From: an uncultured Actinomycetes bacterium
GTDB taxonomy: Bacteria > Actinomycetota > Thermoleophilia > Gaiellales > Gaiellaceae
Assembly: GCA_963805575.1 (NCBI GenBank)
Contig: CAWDUL010000005.1
Coordinates: 683,473-747,472, forward strand
Reading direction: 5' to 3'
Length of the DNA stretch: 64,000 bases
Part shown: positions 9,510 to 18,810 of the stretch, piece by piece
Position numbering within the stretch: the first letter of the stretch is position 1
How the letters are laid out: the number at the start of each line of letters is the position of its first letter
Program-made: the position numbers and the translations under genes
The notes under the pieces: generated by a model
What the model saw: the letters and a program-made list of their open reading frames with translations, nothing else
What the model was told of the DNA's origin: nothing
The model's database searches: none

Positions 9510-10661
9510 TTACACCTCGATGAGCAGAGCGTCGCCCTGCCCGCCGCCACTGCAGATCGCGGCGAGGCCGAGCCCGCCGCCCGAGCGACGAAGCTCGTGG
9601 ATCATCGTGCCGAGGATACGACCGCCGCTCGCGCCGATCGGGTGGCCGAGCGCGACCGCGCCGCCGTTCACATTGACGGTGTCGGGTTCTGCACCGAGTA
9701 GCGCGGTCGAGTTGACCGCGACCGATGCGAAGGCCTCGTTCAGCTCGACACGCCGCACGTCGCCGATCGTCCGGCCGGCACGCTCGAGCGCCATCGCTCC
9801 CGCTTTCGCCGGCGTGCGCGCGAGGTAGGCGAAGTCGTCCGCGACGTAGCCCTGCGAGAGCACGGTCGCGAGCGGATCGAGGCCGTGCCTCTTCGCGTAC
9901 TCCTCGGAGCAGACGACAACACACGACGCACCGTCGTTCACGCCCGGCGCGTTTCCCGCAGTCGTCGACCCGTCCGGATCGAAGACCGGCTTCAACGCTG
10001 CGAGCCGCTCGTACGTCGTGTCGCGGCGGACGCTCTCATCGGCGACGACCTCACCGACGGGAACGATCTCGTCGTCGAACCGTCCGGCGTCCTGCGCAGC
10101 CGCGGCTCGCTCCTGCGAGCGCAGCGCCCAGCGATCCTGATCCTCGCGCGCTATGCCGAGCTCGCGAGACACGAAGGACGCCTGCTCGACCATGTGCTTC
10201 CCGTCGAATGTCGAGATGAGCCCGTCGTGCGTCATCAGATCGATCAGCGTGCCGTCGCCGAGGCGATACCCGAAACGCGCCTGCTTCAAGATGTACGGCG
10301 CGTTCGACATCGACTCCATCCCGCCGGTCACGACGAGATCGGCGTCGCCGGCGCGGATCATCGAATCGGCGATCTCGACCGCGCGGATCGACGACGCGCA
10401 CACCTTGTTGATCGTGTCCGCGGGCACCTCGATCGGAATCCCTGCGCCGACCGCGGCCTGCCGTGCGGGCGCCTGACCTGCGCCGCCCTGCAGCACCTGG
10501 CCCATGATCACGTAGTCGACGTCGCCGCCCTCGACGCCGGCGCGCTCGAGACCGGCGCGGATCGCGATCGCCCCGAGCTCCGTCGCCTGCAGGTGCTTGA
10601 GGCCGCCGCCGAGCTTGCCGAACGGCGTCCGAACGGCGGAGACGATCACAGTGCGGCTCAT
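9510..10661 (-). CDS. Acetyl-CoA acetyltransferase (thiolase II)
   Basis: It starts at the ATG at 10661 (MSRTVIVSAVRTPFGKLGG). The active-site regions are 'NKVCASS' and 'NVNGGAVALGHPIGASG' with the C-terminal 'CSGGGQG'. Confidence 0.92.
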   Translation of the reverse strand: MSRTVIVSAVRTPFGKLGGGLKHLQATELGAIAIRAGLERAGVEGGDVDYVIMGQVLQGGAGQAPARQAAVGAGIPIEVPADTINKVCASSIRAVEIADSMIRAGDADLVVTGGMESMSNAPYILKQARFGYRLGDGTLIDLMTHDGLISTFDGKHMVEQASFVSRELGIAREDQDRWALRSQERAAAAQDAGRFDDEIVPVGEVVADESVRRDTTYERLAALKPVFDPDGSTTAGNAPGVNDGASCVVVCSEEYAKRHGLDPLATVLSQGYVADDFAYLARTPAKAGAMALERAGRTIGDVRRVELNEAFASVAVNSTALLGAEPDTVNVNGGAVALGHPIGASGGRILGTMIHELRRSGGGLGLAAICSGGGQGDALLIEV

Positions 10662-10683
10662 CGAGCGAGCGTAGCTGTACGCC

Positions 10684-11718
10684 TCACCGCGAGAACGAGG
10701 TGCCCGGCTCCAGCCTGCGCGCGAAGGCGACGAGCAGCTGCACGACCGCCTCGATGTCGTCGAGCTGCACGGTCTCGACCGGCGTGTGCATGTAGCGGAG
10801 CGGAACCGACACGACGCCGGTTGCAACACCCACCCTGCTCAGATAGATCGCGTCGGCATCTGTGTTCGTGTGCCCGCGCGAGATCTCGATCGAGAACGGG
10901 ATCTTCTCCTGCTCCGCCGTATCGTGGAGGAGCTCGAAGATCCGCGGGTGCATCGACGGACCGCGCATCAGCGCTGGGCCGCCACCGAGCTTGTTCTCGC
11001 CTTCGTCCTCCGGATCGCCCCCGCGTACATCGGTCGCCCACGTGACGTCGACGGCGATCGCGACCGCGGGCTGCAGCTCGAACGCCGATGCGCGTGCGCC
11101 GGCGAAGTCGCCGACCTCTTCCTGGACGACCGCAAGCCCGGCGACGTCGCCCGGCGTCCCGCCCTCCGCGGCGACGCGGCGTGCGACCTCGAGCGCGACG
11201 TACGAGCCGATCCGGTTGTCGAGCGATCGTGAGGCGATCCGGTTGTTCTGCAGCTCGATCGGCGCACCAGCGATGACGGCAGTGTCCCCGGGACGCACGA
11301 GAGCGCGCGCCTCGGCCGCGTCACGTGCGCCGATGTCGAGGTAGAGATCGTCGAAGCCGACCGGCTTGCGGTCCTCGCCCGGCTTGCGCTTCTGCTTGCG
11401 CTGTCCGACGACGCCGGGCAGCCGGCCGTCGCGCGTCAGGATCTCGACGCGCTGCGCGAGCAGCACGCTCGGGTCGAAGCCGCCCAGCTGGCGGACGGCG
11501 AGGTATCCGTCGCTCCCGACATGCGTGACGACGAGCGCGATCTCGTCGATATGGCCGACGATCGCGAGCAGCGGCCCGCCCGCCGTGCCGGGAACGCGAA
11601 CCCACGACGACCCGAGCACGTCGGTGTGCACCTCGCCGAAGGCGCTTGCCTCCTCGCGCCACACGGTGGCCGCGAGCTCTTCCTGCCCCGACGGCCCGGG
11701 GGCGGTCAGCAGGCGCAT
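10684..11718 (-). CDS. M42 family aminopeptidase (FrvX/endoglucanase-like)
   Basis: Evidence is 'LLTAPGPSGQEE', 'LAIVGHIDEIALVV', 'SRSLDNRIG' and 'VQEEVG'. I chose the ATG at 11718, with an alternative GTG at 11739. The remaining ~170 upstream codons of the track ORF run into the trp leader region and are junk. Confidence 0.85.
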   Translation of the reverse strand: MRLLTAPGPSGQEELAATVWREEASAFGEVHTDVLGSSWVRVPGTAGGPLLAIVGHIDEIALVVTHVGSDGYLAVRQLGGFDPSVLLAQRVEILTRDGRLPGVVGQRKQKRKPGEDRKPVGFDDLYLDIGARDAAEARALVRPGDTAVIAGAPIELQNNRIASRSLDNRIGSYVALEVARRVAAEGGTPGDVAGLAVVQEEVGDFAGARASAFELQPAVAIAVDVTWATDVRGGDPEDEGENKLGGGPALMRGPSMHPRIFELLHDTAEQEKIPFSIEISRGHTNTDADAIYLSRVGVATGVVSVPLRYMHTPVETVQLDDIEAVVQLLVAFARRLEPGTSFSR

Positions 11719-11763
11719 CAGACTGTCTGGGACCGCCACGGGGCAACTGTAACCCGGTGGCGG

Positions 11764-11792
11764 TTGACGCCCGCTCGGAGCACCCGTACTCT
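11764..11792 (+). promoter_or_regulatory. Putative sigma70-type promoter of the trp operon
   Basis: TTGACG (11764-11769), a 17-nt spacer, then TACTCT (11787-11792). The predicted TSS falls on or next to the leader-peptide ATG at 11800. Confidence 0.45.
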
Positions 11793-11799
11793 GGGCGCG

Positions 11800-11862
11800 A
11801 TGACTCACACGTCCCGCAACTGGTGGGCCTGGCGCAGCGAGCGTGGCGGGAGCCTGCGTTGA
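11800..11862 (+). CDS. trpL: trp operon leader peptide MTHTSRNWWAWRSERGGSLR
   Basis: This 20-codon ORF has three Trp codons (11821-11832). It lies between the predicted promoter and a terminator hairpin directly upstream of trpE. Confidence 0.75.
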   Translation: MTHTSRNWWAWRSERGGSLR

Positions 11863-11894
11863 CCTGACGCACACAGCCCGCTTTCGCTCGATTC

Positions 11895-11915
11895 GGCTCC
11901 TACGGGAGCCTTTTT
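11895..11915 (+). terminator. Attenuator terminator
   Basis: GGCTCC-TACG-GGAGCC is followed by TTTTT and ends 8 nt before the trpE ATG. An upstream copy of GGGAGCC (11848-11854) can compete for the 5' arm. Confidence 0.7.
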
Positions 11916-11922
11916 CATATCC

Positions 11923-13167
11923 ATGACGACAACCGCAGACATCGCAACCGACCTCCTCACGCCGCTCGGCGCGTACCTCCGCCTGCGCGAACGCGCTGGG
12001 ACCCGCGGCACGTTCCTGCTCGAGTCGGTCGAACGTGGCCGCCTCGGCCGTTACTCCTTCGTCGGGTGCGGCTCGCGCCTCGTGAGCTTCGCGGAGGCGG
12101 AGGCGCTGGGCGAGCCGGTCGTCGGCTACCTCGGCTACGACGTGGTCGCGGAGCTCGAGCCGACCGTCCCGCTTCCCGGCGATGGGCCGGGCACGCCGGT
12201 GAGCCTTTTCGTCGTCCCGGAGGTGCTCGTCCGCTTCGATCACGCGCGTGGCATCGCCCAGGCGCTCATCGGTGAGCCCGAGCAGGTCGCGGAGGTGCTC
12301 GCCGTCCCGCAGCCCGAGCTCCCGCGCGGCACCGGGAAGTCAGGCCCGCTGCGGCGCTTCCCCGAGCGCGACGAGCATCTGCGCCGCGTCGAGCGGGCCA
12401 AGGAGCACATCCGCGAAGGGGACGTCTTCCAGGTCGTGATCTCGCAACGGGCGGAGCGGCCGACCTCCGCGTCGGCGCTCGAGCTCTATCGTGCGCTCCG
12501 CCGCGTCAACCCGTCTCCGTATCTCTTCCTGCTCGAGCTCGACGACCTCGCCCTCGTCGGCAGCTCGCCGGAGACGGTGGTGAAGTGCGAAGGCTCGCGC
12601 GCGGAGCTCAATCCGATCGCGGGCACGATCGCGCCGGGCGAGGGCGACGCCGAGGCATTGCTCTCGTCGGAGAAGGATCGCGCCGAGCACGTGATGCTCG
12701 TCGACCTCGGCCGCAACGACCTGTCGCGCGTGTGCGTACCGGGCACGGTGCGCGTCGAGCGGTTCATGGAGGCCGAGCGGTACTCGCACGTCACGCACCT
12801 CGTCTCAGAGGTCGTCGGCGAGCTGCGCGAGGGCTGCACGCCGTTCGAGCTCCTGCGCGCGTGCTTCCCGGCGGGCACGGTCTCGGGGGCTCCGAAGGTC
12901 CGTGCGATGCAGATCATCTCAGAGCTCGAAGGTCACCGCCGCGGCGTCTACGCCGGCGCGGTCGGGTACGTCTTCCCGCAACAGCGAGAGCTCGACACGT
13001 GCATCGCAATCCGGACGCTCATCCTGCGCGAGGGCATCGCGTACCTGCAGGCAGGCGGCGGCATCACCTCAGACTCCGATCCGGCTGCCGAGCACCAGGA
13101 GTGCCTCAACAAGCTCGGCGCCCTCGAGGCCGCGATCGAGCTCGCAGAGCAGGAGCAGCCGCGATGA
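11923..13167 (+). CDS. trpE: Anthranilate synthase component I
   Basis: Evidence is 'FLLESVERG..GRYSF', 'NPSPYLF', 'GTIAPG' and 'GAVGY..IAIRT'. At 414 aa this is a short form. Confidence 0.92.
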   Translation: MTTTADIATDLLTPLGAYLRLRERAGTRGTFLLESVERGRLGRYSFVGCGSRLVSFAEAEALGEPVVGYLGYDVVAELEPTVPLPGDGPGTPVSLFVVPEVLVRFDHARGIAQALIGEPEQVAEVLAVPQPELPRGTGKSGPLRRFPERDEHLRRVERAKEHIREGDVFQVVISQRAERPTSASALELYRALRRVNPSPYLFLLELDDLALVGSSPETVVKCEGSRAELNPIAGTIAPGEGDAEALLSSEKDRAEHVMLVDLGRNDLSRVCVPGTVRVERFMEAERYSHVTHLVSEVVGELREGCTPFELLRACFPAGTVSGAPKVRAMQIISELEGHRRGVYAGAVGYVFPQQRELDTCIAIRTLILREGIAYLQAGGGITSDSDPAAEHQECLNKLGALEAAIELAEQEQPR

Positions 13168-13727
13168 TCCTGCTGATCGACAACTACGACTCGTTCACGT
13201 ACAACCTCGCGCACCTGTTCGGCGCGCTGGGAGTAGAGGTGAAGGTGCTGCGGAACGACGAGCTGAACCTGGACGATGCCGAGCGGCTCGCGCCGTCGCA
13301 CCTGATCGTCTCCCCCGGTCCCGGGCGGCCGGCGGACGCCGGAGTCTCGGTCGACATCGTTCGCCGCCTCGGCGCGACGACGCCGACGCTCGGCGTGTGC
13401 CTCGGCCACCAGGCGATCGTCGAGGCATTCGGTGGCGAGGTCGGGTATGCGCGGGAGCTGCTGCACGGCAAGGCGAGCCCCGTGAAGCACGACGGAACGG
13501 GCATCTTCACCGACCTGCCCGAGCCGTTCGACGCAGGCCGCTATCACTCGCTCGCTGCGACGCGGCTTCCCGACGTGCTCGAGCCGACGGCCTATGCCGA
13601 GGACGGCGAGGTGATGGCGGTGCGCCACCGCACGCTGCCCGTCGTCGGCGTGCAATTCCATCCCGAGTCGGTGCTCACGCCGGACGGGCCGACGCTTGCG
13701 CGCAACTTCCTCGAGGGGCTCCTGTGA
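13164..13727 (+). CDS. trpG: Anthranilate synthase component II (glutamine amidotransferase)
   Basis: Evidence is 'MILLIDNYDSFTYNL', 'PTLGVCLGHQ' and 'GVQFHPES'. The ATG overlaps the trpE stop (ATGA). Confidence 0.92.
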   Translation: MILLIDNYDSFTYNLAHLFGALGVEVKVLRNDELNLDDAERLAPSHLIVSPGPGRPADAGVSVDIVRRLGATTPTLGVCLGHQAIVEAFGGEVGYARELLHGKASPVKHDGTGIFTDLPEPFDAGRYHSLAATRLPDVLEPTAYAEDGEVMAVRHRTLPVVGVQFHPESVLTPDGPTLARNFLEGLL

Positions 13728-14743
13728 TCCAGCAGGCGCTCGCGCAGCTGCTCGACGGCCGCGATCTCTCGCGCGAAGAAGCCCGCGAGACGATGAACGT
13801 GATCATGCTCGGCGAGGCGACGCCGGCACAGATCGCGGGCTTCCTCGTCGCACTTCGCGCAAAGGGCGAGACGCCTGACGAGATCGCAGGCTGCGCCGAG
13901 GCGATGCGCGCGCACGTGCTGCACGTTCGGCCACAACGCACCGACCTCGTCGACATCGTCGGGACGGGCGGCGACGGCGCGAACACGTTCAACATCTCGA
14001 CTGCAGCGGCACTCGTCGCCGCCGGCGCCGGCGCGGGGATCGCAAAGCACGGCAACCGCGCGGCGTCGTCCGCGACGGGAGCGGCCGACGTGCTCGAGGC
14101 TCTCGGGTTCCGGCTCGACCTCGAGCCCGGCCGGATCGAGCGCTCGATCGACGAGCTCGGCTTCGGCTTCCTCTTTGCGCAGGCGCATCATCCGGCGATG
14201 CGCTACGCCGCACCCGTCCGCAAGGAGCTCGCGACACGCACCGTCTTCAACGTGCTCGGCCCGCTGACGAACCCTGCCGGAGCGCGGGCATTGATGCTCG
14301 GCGTCTACTCGCCGGAGCTGACCCGCACGCTCGCGGCGGCGCTGGTGCAGCTCGGCGCGACTCGCGCCTACGTCGTCCACGGCGCAGGCGGAATCGACGA
14401 GCTCTCGCCGTGCGGGCCGAATCTCGTCTGCGAGGTCGAGAACGGCAGCGTCCGCGAGTACGAGCTGGATCCGCTCGACCTCGGCATCGCCCGGTGCGAT
14501 CAGTCCGAGCTGCAAGGCGGCGACCCTGCGACAAACGCACAGGCGTTGCGCGACGTGCTGGCAGGCGCCGATGGCGGCCACCGTTCAGCGGTGATCCTGA
14601 ACGCCGCCGGCGGGATCGCAGCGGCCGGCCATGCGGAGAACCTGCGAGAAGGAATCGACCGGGCGCGCGAGTCCATCGACTCCGGCGCCGCCGCCGCGCG
14701 GCTCGACGAGCTCGTCTCGTTCTCGCAGCAGGTGCCGGCATGA
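13724..14743 (+). CDS. trpD: Anthranilate phosphoribosyltransferase
   Basis: Evidence is 'DIVGTGGDGANTFNISTAAALV', 'KHGNRAASS' and 'TRTVFNVLGPLTNPA'. The GTG overlaps the trpG stop (GTGA). Confidence 0.92.
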   Translation: MIQQALAQLLDGRDLSREEARETMNVIMLGEATPAQIAGFLVALRAKGETPDEIAGCAEAMRAHVLHVRPQRTDLVDIVGTGGDGANTFNISTAAALVAAGAGAGIAKHGNRAASSATGAADVLEALGFRLDLEPGRIERSIDELGFGFLFAQAHHPAMRYAAPVRKELATRTVFNVLGPLTNPAGARALMLGVYSPELTRTLAAALVQLGATRAYVVHGAGGIDELSPCGPNLVCEVENGSVREYELDPLDLGIARCDQSELQGGDPATNAQALRDVLAGADGGHRSAVILNAAGGIAAAGHAENLREGIDRARESIDSGAAAARLDELVSFSQQVPA

Positions 14744-15903
14744 GGTTCGCAGACGCGCTCGCGCAACCCGGCCTTCGTGCGATCGCGGAGTTCAAGCGAC
14801 GCTCGCCGTCGATGGGCGACATCCGCCCGGATGCACGCATCGAGCAGCTCGTGCCGGAATACGCGGCGAACGGCGCGAGCGCCGTCTCCGTGCTCGTCGA
14901 CGCCAAGTTCGCCGGCACGATCGACGATCTCCGGGCAGCGCGCGCAGTCTCCGATGTGCCGCTGCTCGGCAAGGGCTTCTTCTCGACCGAGGATCAGCTG
15001 CGGGAGCTGCGCGATGCGGGCGCCGACGCGGCGCTCCTCATCCTGCGCGACCTCGACGACGAGCAGGTTGCACGCCTGATGCGATACGCCGCCGAGATCG
15101 GGCTCGACACGCTCGTCGAAGCGCACGATCTGGACGAGCTTGCGCGCGCGACACGGCTCGACGCGCCCGTCATCGGGGTCAACGCCCGCAACCTCTCGAC
15201 GTTCCGCATCGACCGCGCAGCCCAGCTCGAGCTCGTCAACCTCGCTGCGCTCCTCCGGGATCGCATCGTGATCGCGGAGAGCGCAGTTCATACGCGAGCC
15301 CAGGCGGCGGCCGCCGAGCTCGCGGGGGCGGATGCCGTCCTCGTCGGAACGTCGCTGATGCAGGCCGCAGAGCCCGGAGCGAAGCTGCGTGAGCTGCTCT
15401 CGCGTCCGCTCGTAAAAGTATGCGGGCTGACCCGCCAGGAGGACGTCGACGCGGCGGTCGAGGCGGGCGCGGACATGCTCGGGTTCATCTTCGCCGAGGG
15501 AAGCCCCCGTCGGGCCGAAGCCGTGCTCGACGTTCCCGACACGGCGCTGTCGGTGGCCGTGTTCGTCGGGACAGCCACCGAGACCGGCGCCGATCTGGAT
15601 CAGGTCTATGGAAACGAGACCGGCAAGGTCCGAGGCCGACACGCGCTGCTCATGCGAAAGGGCGAGCCCGTGGCGCTCGTCCCCGACCTGCCATGGCTTG
15701 CAGACGATCCTGAGCACTGGGAGAAGGCCCGGGTCACGGAGGGTCGCGTGATGCTCGCAGGCGGACTCGGCCCGGAGAACGTCCGCGCGGCGATCGAGGC
15801 TGTGCACCCCTGGGCCGTCGACGCAGCGTCGTCGCTCGAGAGCGAGCCGGGAGTCAAGGACCACGCGCGCGTGCGCGCGTTCATCGAGGAGGCACGAGCA
15901 TGA
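14740..15903 (+). CDS. trpCF: Fused indole-3-glycerol-phosphate synthase / phosphoribosylanthranilate isomerase
   Basis: The N-terminal half has '[12 protein letters not shown]', 'LVEAHD', 'GVNARNL' and 'IAESAV' (TrpC). The C-terminal half has '[12 protein letters not shown]' and '[10 protein letters not shown]' (TrpF). The whole protein is only 387 aa. Confidence 0.85.
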   Translation: MRFADALAQPGLRAIAEFKRRSPSMGDIRPDARIEQLVPEYAANGASAVSVLVDAKFAGTIDDLRAARAVSDVPLLGKGFFSTEDQLRELRDAGADAALLILRDLDDEQVARLMRYAAEIGLDTLVEAHDLDELARATRLDAPVIGVNARNLSTFRIDRAAQLELVNLAALLRDRIVIAESAVHTRAQAAAAELAGADAVLVGTSLMQAAEPGAKLRELLSRPLVKVCGLTRQEDVDAAVEAGADMLGFIFAEGSPRRAEAVLDVPDTALSVAVFVGTATETGADLDQVYGNETGKVRGRHALLMRKGEPVALVPDLPWLADDPEHWEKARVTEGRVMLAGGLGPENVRAAIEAVHPWAVDAASSLESEPGVKDHARVRAFIEEARA

Positions 15904-17033
15904 AGACGACCAACACGTTCGGGACGTACGGCGGCCGCTACGTCCCCGAGACGCTGATTCCCGCGCTCGACGAGCTCGAGCGCGGCTGGCGGGACGCACT
16001 CGCCGACGACTCGTTCCACGCAGAGCTGCACGCTCTTCTGACGACATACGCAGGGCGCCCAACACCCCTCACGCTCAGTGAGCGCTTCGCGCCCGGCAAG
16101 CGCATCTATCTGAAGCGAGAAGACCTGCTCCACACCGGCGCCCACAAACTCAACAACGCGCTCGGGCAGATCGTGCTCGCGCAGCGCCTCGGCAAGCGAC
16201 GCATCGTGGCCGAGACGGGGGCAGGCCAGCACGGCGTGGCCACCGCGACGGTCTGCGCGAAGTTCGGCCTCGAGTGCGTCGTCTACATGGGCGAGGAAGA
16301 CATTCGCAGGCAGAAGCCGAACGTCGAGCGCATGGGCTTGCTCGGCGCCGAGGTCCGCCCCGTCGACTTCGGGACGAAGACGCTGAAGGAAGCGACGAGC
16401 GAGGCGATTCGCGACTGGATCACGAACGTCGAGACGACGCACTATCTGATCGGCTCGTGCGTCGGCCCCGCGCCGTACCCGGAGCTCGTCGCCGAGCTCC
16501 AGTCGGTGATCGGACGGGAATCGCGCGAGCAGTACCTCGCGGCCGAGGGCCGGCTGCCGGAGGCGGTCGTCGCCGCCGTCGGAGGGGGCTCCAACGCGAT
16601 CGGGATGTTCCACGGCTTCCTCGACGACGCCGACGTGCGTCTCATCGGAGTCGAGGCGGCAGGCGCTGCGTCGCTCGGCTCGGGTCGCACCGGGGTCCTG
16701 CACGGCGCACGCTCGTCCGTGCTCGCCGACGAGGACGGGCAGATCTCCGACGCGCACTCCATCTCCGCCGGTCTCGACTACCCAGGCGTCGGTCCGGAGC
16801 ACGCGTTCCTGCGCGACGAAGGTCGTGCCACGTACGTCGGCGCGACCGACGAGGAGGCGCTGCGCGCGTTCCGCGATCTCGCCCGTACCGAGGGCATCAT
16901 CCCGGCGCTCGAGCCCGCACATGCGCTCGCACGGGCGCGCGAGCTGGACGCGGAGCTGATCCTCGTCTGCCTCTCGGGCCGCGGTGACAAGGATCTCGCC
17001 GAGGCGCTCGCGGGCCTGGAGAAGCTCGCATGA
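15900..17033 (+). CDS. trpB: Tryptophan synthase beta chain
   Basis: Evidence is '[13 protein letters not shown]', '[10 protein letters not shown]' (the PLP lysine) and 'GGGSNAIG'. Confidence 0.95.
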   Translation: MKTTNTFGTYGGRYVPETLIPALDELERGWRDALADDSFHAELHALLTTYAGRPTPLTLSERFAPGKRIYLKREDLLHTGAHKLNNALGQIVLAQRLGKRRIVAETGAGQHGVATATVCAKFGLECVVYMGEEDIRRQKPNVERMGLLGAEVRPVDFGTKTLKEATSEAIRDWITNVETTHYLIGSCVGPAPYPELVAELQSVIGRESREQYLAAEGRLPEAVVAAVGGGSNAIGMFHGFLDDADVRLIGVEAAGAASLGSGRTGVLHGARSSVLADEDGQISDAHSISAGLDYPGVGPEHAFLRDEGRATYVGATDEEALRAFRDLARTEGIIPALEPAHALARARELDAELILVCLSGRGDKDLAEALAGLEKLA

Positions 17034-17743
17034 AGAAGCTCGGGATCTACCTGATGGCCGAGCCCGAGACGCCGGAGCTCGCCCGGGCGGCCGTCGAGGG
17101 CGGTGCAGACATCGTCGAGCTCGGCTTCCCGTTCTCCGACCCGCTCGCCGACGGACCGGTGGTCCGCCACGCAGCCGAGCGCGCCCTCTCGCGGGGGATG
17201 CGTACGCGTGCATGCCTCGACGTGCTGCGACAGACGCACGAGCTCGTGCCCGAGACGCCGCTCATCCCGATGACGTACTCGTCGCTGCTCGAGGCGTACG
17301 GGTGGGAGCGCTTCGCGGAAGATGTGCAGGCTGCAGGGGGAGCGAGCATGATCGTCGCCGACCTGCCCGCCGACGAGCGTCCGGACGTACGTCGCGTGCA
17401 GCTCGTCGCTCCAACGTCGACCGACGACCGGATCGCGCTCGCCGGAGCCTCAACCGATGGTTGGCTCTACCTCGTCACCGTCACCGGAACGACCGGCGTG
17501 CGCAGCGAGGTCTCGTCCGCGCTGCCGAGCCTCGTCGAGCGTGCACGCCGGCTCGTCGACGTTCCGCTCTATGCCGGGTTCGGCATCTCGACGCCGGAGC
17601 AGGCTCGCTCGGCGGCAGATCTCGCGGACGGCATCGTCGTCGGCTCGCGGGCCTTGCAGGTCGCGGAGCAGGGACCGGACGCGCTGCGGGAGTACGTCGC
17701 GTCGCTGCGCTCGGCCCTCGACGCGGCGCCGGTGGCGATCTAA
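17030..17743 (+). CDS. trpA: Tryptophan synthase alpha chain
   Basis: Evidence is '[14 protein letters not shown]', '[10 protein letters not shown]' and 'GFGIS'. It has a 4-nt overlap with trpB. Confidence 0.92.
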   Translation: MKKLGIYLMAEPETPELARAAVEGGADIVELGFPFSDPLADGPVVRHAAERALSRGMRTRACLDVLRQTHELVPETPLIPMTYSSLLEAYGWERFAEDVQAAGGASMIVADLPADERPDVRRVQLVAPTSTDDRIALAGASTDGWLYLVTVTGTTGVRSEVSSALPSLVERARRLVDVPLYAGFGISTPEQARSAADLADGIVVGSRALQVAEQGPDALREYVASLRSALDAAPVAI

Positions 17744-18664
17744 CGCTGAGCTGAAATCGGAGGCATCATCGCCGGGGGGCTCTCGGGAAGAGCCTCGACG
17801 AGACGCGGAGCCGTCGGCGCGGCAGGCGCGACCGCGAGCGCGGGCGCGACGGCAACGTGCTGGGGACCGGGAGCAGCCGACGTCGGGGGGCCGGCAGGCG
17901 AGGCGGCGGCCGGTGCTGCCGGTGCGGCCGCCGGAGCAGCGGCGGTGACAGGCGCAGCGGCTGCGGCGGGTGCGGGAGCCCCAATGCGGAGCGGTGCGGG
18001 AGCCCCAAATGTTGCGGGAGCAGACGAGCGGCGGCATCGCCGGGCGCGCAACCGGCGCGACGAACGGCGTTGCGGGTGTGGCGGGCGCAGGCGCGACTGG
18101 AGCCGCCGCAACTGCGGGTGTCTCGACTGCAGGCGCAGGTGCCTGCGACGGCGGCGCCGCGGAGGCAGCAGCCGGGAGCGGCTCGGGCGCCGTCGGCGGG
18201 GGCGATTCGGGCGGAAGCGGTGTCGGAGCAACGGGAGCCGGGGCGACCGGGGCAGGTGCAGGTGCCGGCGTGGGAACGTCCGGGGCGGCGACGACGGGAG
18301 GCGGCGCGGTCTGGGCGAGCTGGTCGATCATGCGCACGCCGGCGGCGCCCGGCTGGACGAGCATCATCTCGACCCGGAGCTGGTGGAGCGTCACCTGTGC
18401 CTGGAGCCTCAGACCCTCGGCGCGGCGGACGCCCACGGTGTACCCGAGGTAGCCGCCGGCGGCGGCCCCGACGAGGAGCAGCGCCAGGCCGAGGGAGTGC
18501 GGAATGAGCACCCGGTTCGGCGCAATGAGCGGCACAGAGCCAAGCATCGCGCCGACCAGGGCGAAGAAGATCGTGTAGGCGATGACCCTGGCCGAGGCCC
18601 GCCGCGCGAGATGCTCGGCGTAGCGCTCGACGATGCCGGGATCGAGTTGGGTCAGCGGCTCCAC
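17740..18664 (-). CDS. Membrane protein with a long Pro/Ala-rich tail; reading frame apparently changes (+1) near 18018-18037
   Basis: The N-terminal part (frame of ORF 17450..18664) has two hydrophobic segments, then PAPAPV repeats. Past ~18030 that frame becomes Arg/Cys junk antisense to trpA. The +1 frame (ORF 17740..18231) carries on as Pro/Ala-rich and stops at the trpA stop. Confidence 0.5.
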
Positions 18665-18810
18665 GTAGTTCTCATCGGCCGCGACGAGCGCAGGCTTGAG
18701 GGTCGTTAAAGAACCCTTACGAGGCTCTCATGAGGCTCCTAACCACGGTGGGAATCATGGTCTCCGCAACACTACGAATGTAGCCCAGTGACGAAATCAG
18801 GAGCCTCAAG

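Noticed and set aside
11719-12243. The N-terminal extension of the M42 peptidase ORF (track 10684..12243).
   Set aside because: It would run antisense through the trp promoter, leader peptide, terminator and the start of trpE. Its composition is junk, and M42 peptidases begin at about the MRLLTAPG position.
14247-17213. Very long minus-strand ORFs antisense to trpD-trpCF-trpB (14247..14972, 14500..16065, 15606..17213).
   Set aside because: The plus-strand genes carry unmistakable Trp-pathway motifs and are linked by start/stop overlaps. The antisense translations are Arg-rich with no recognisable domains.
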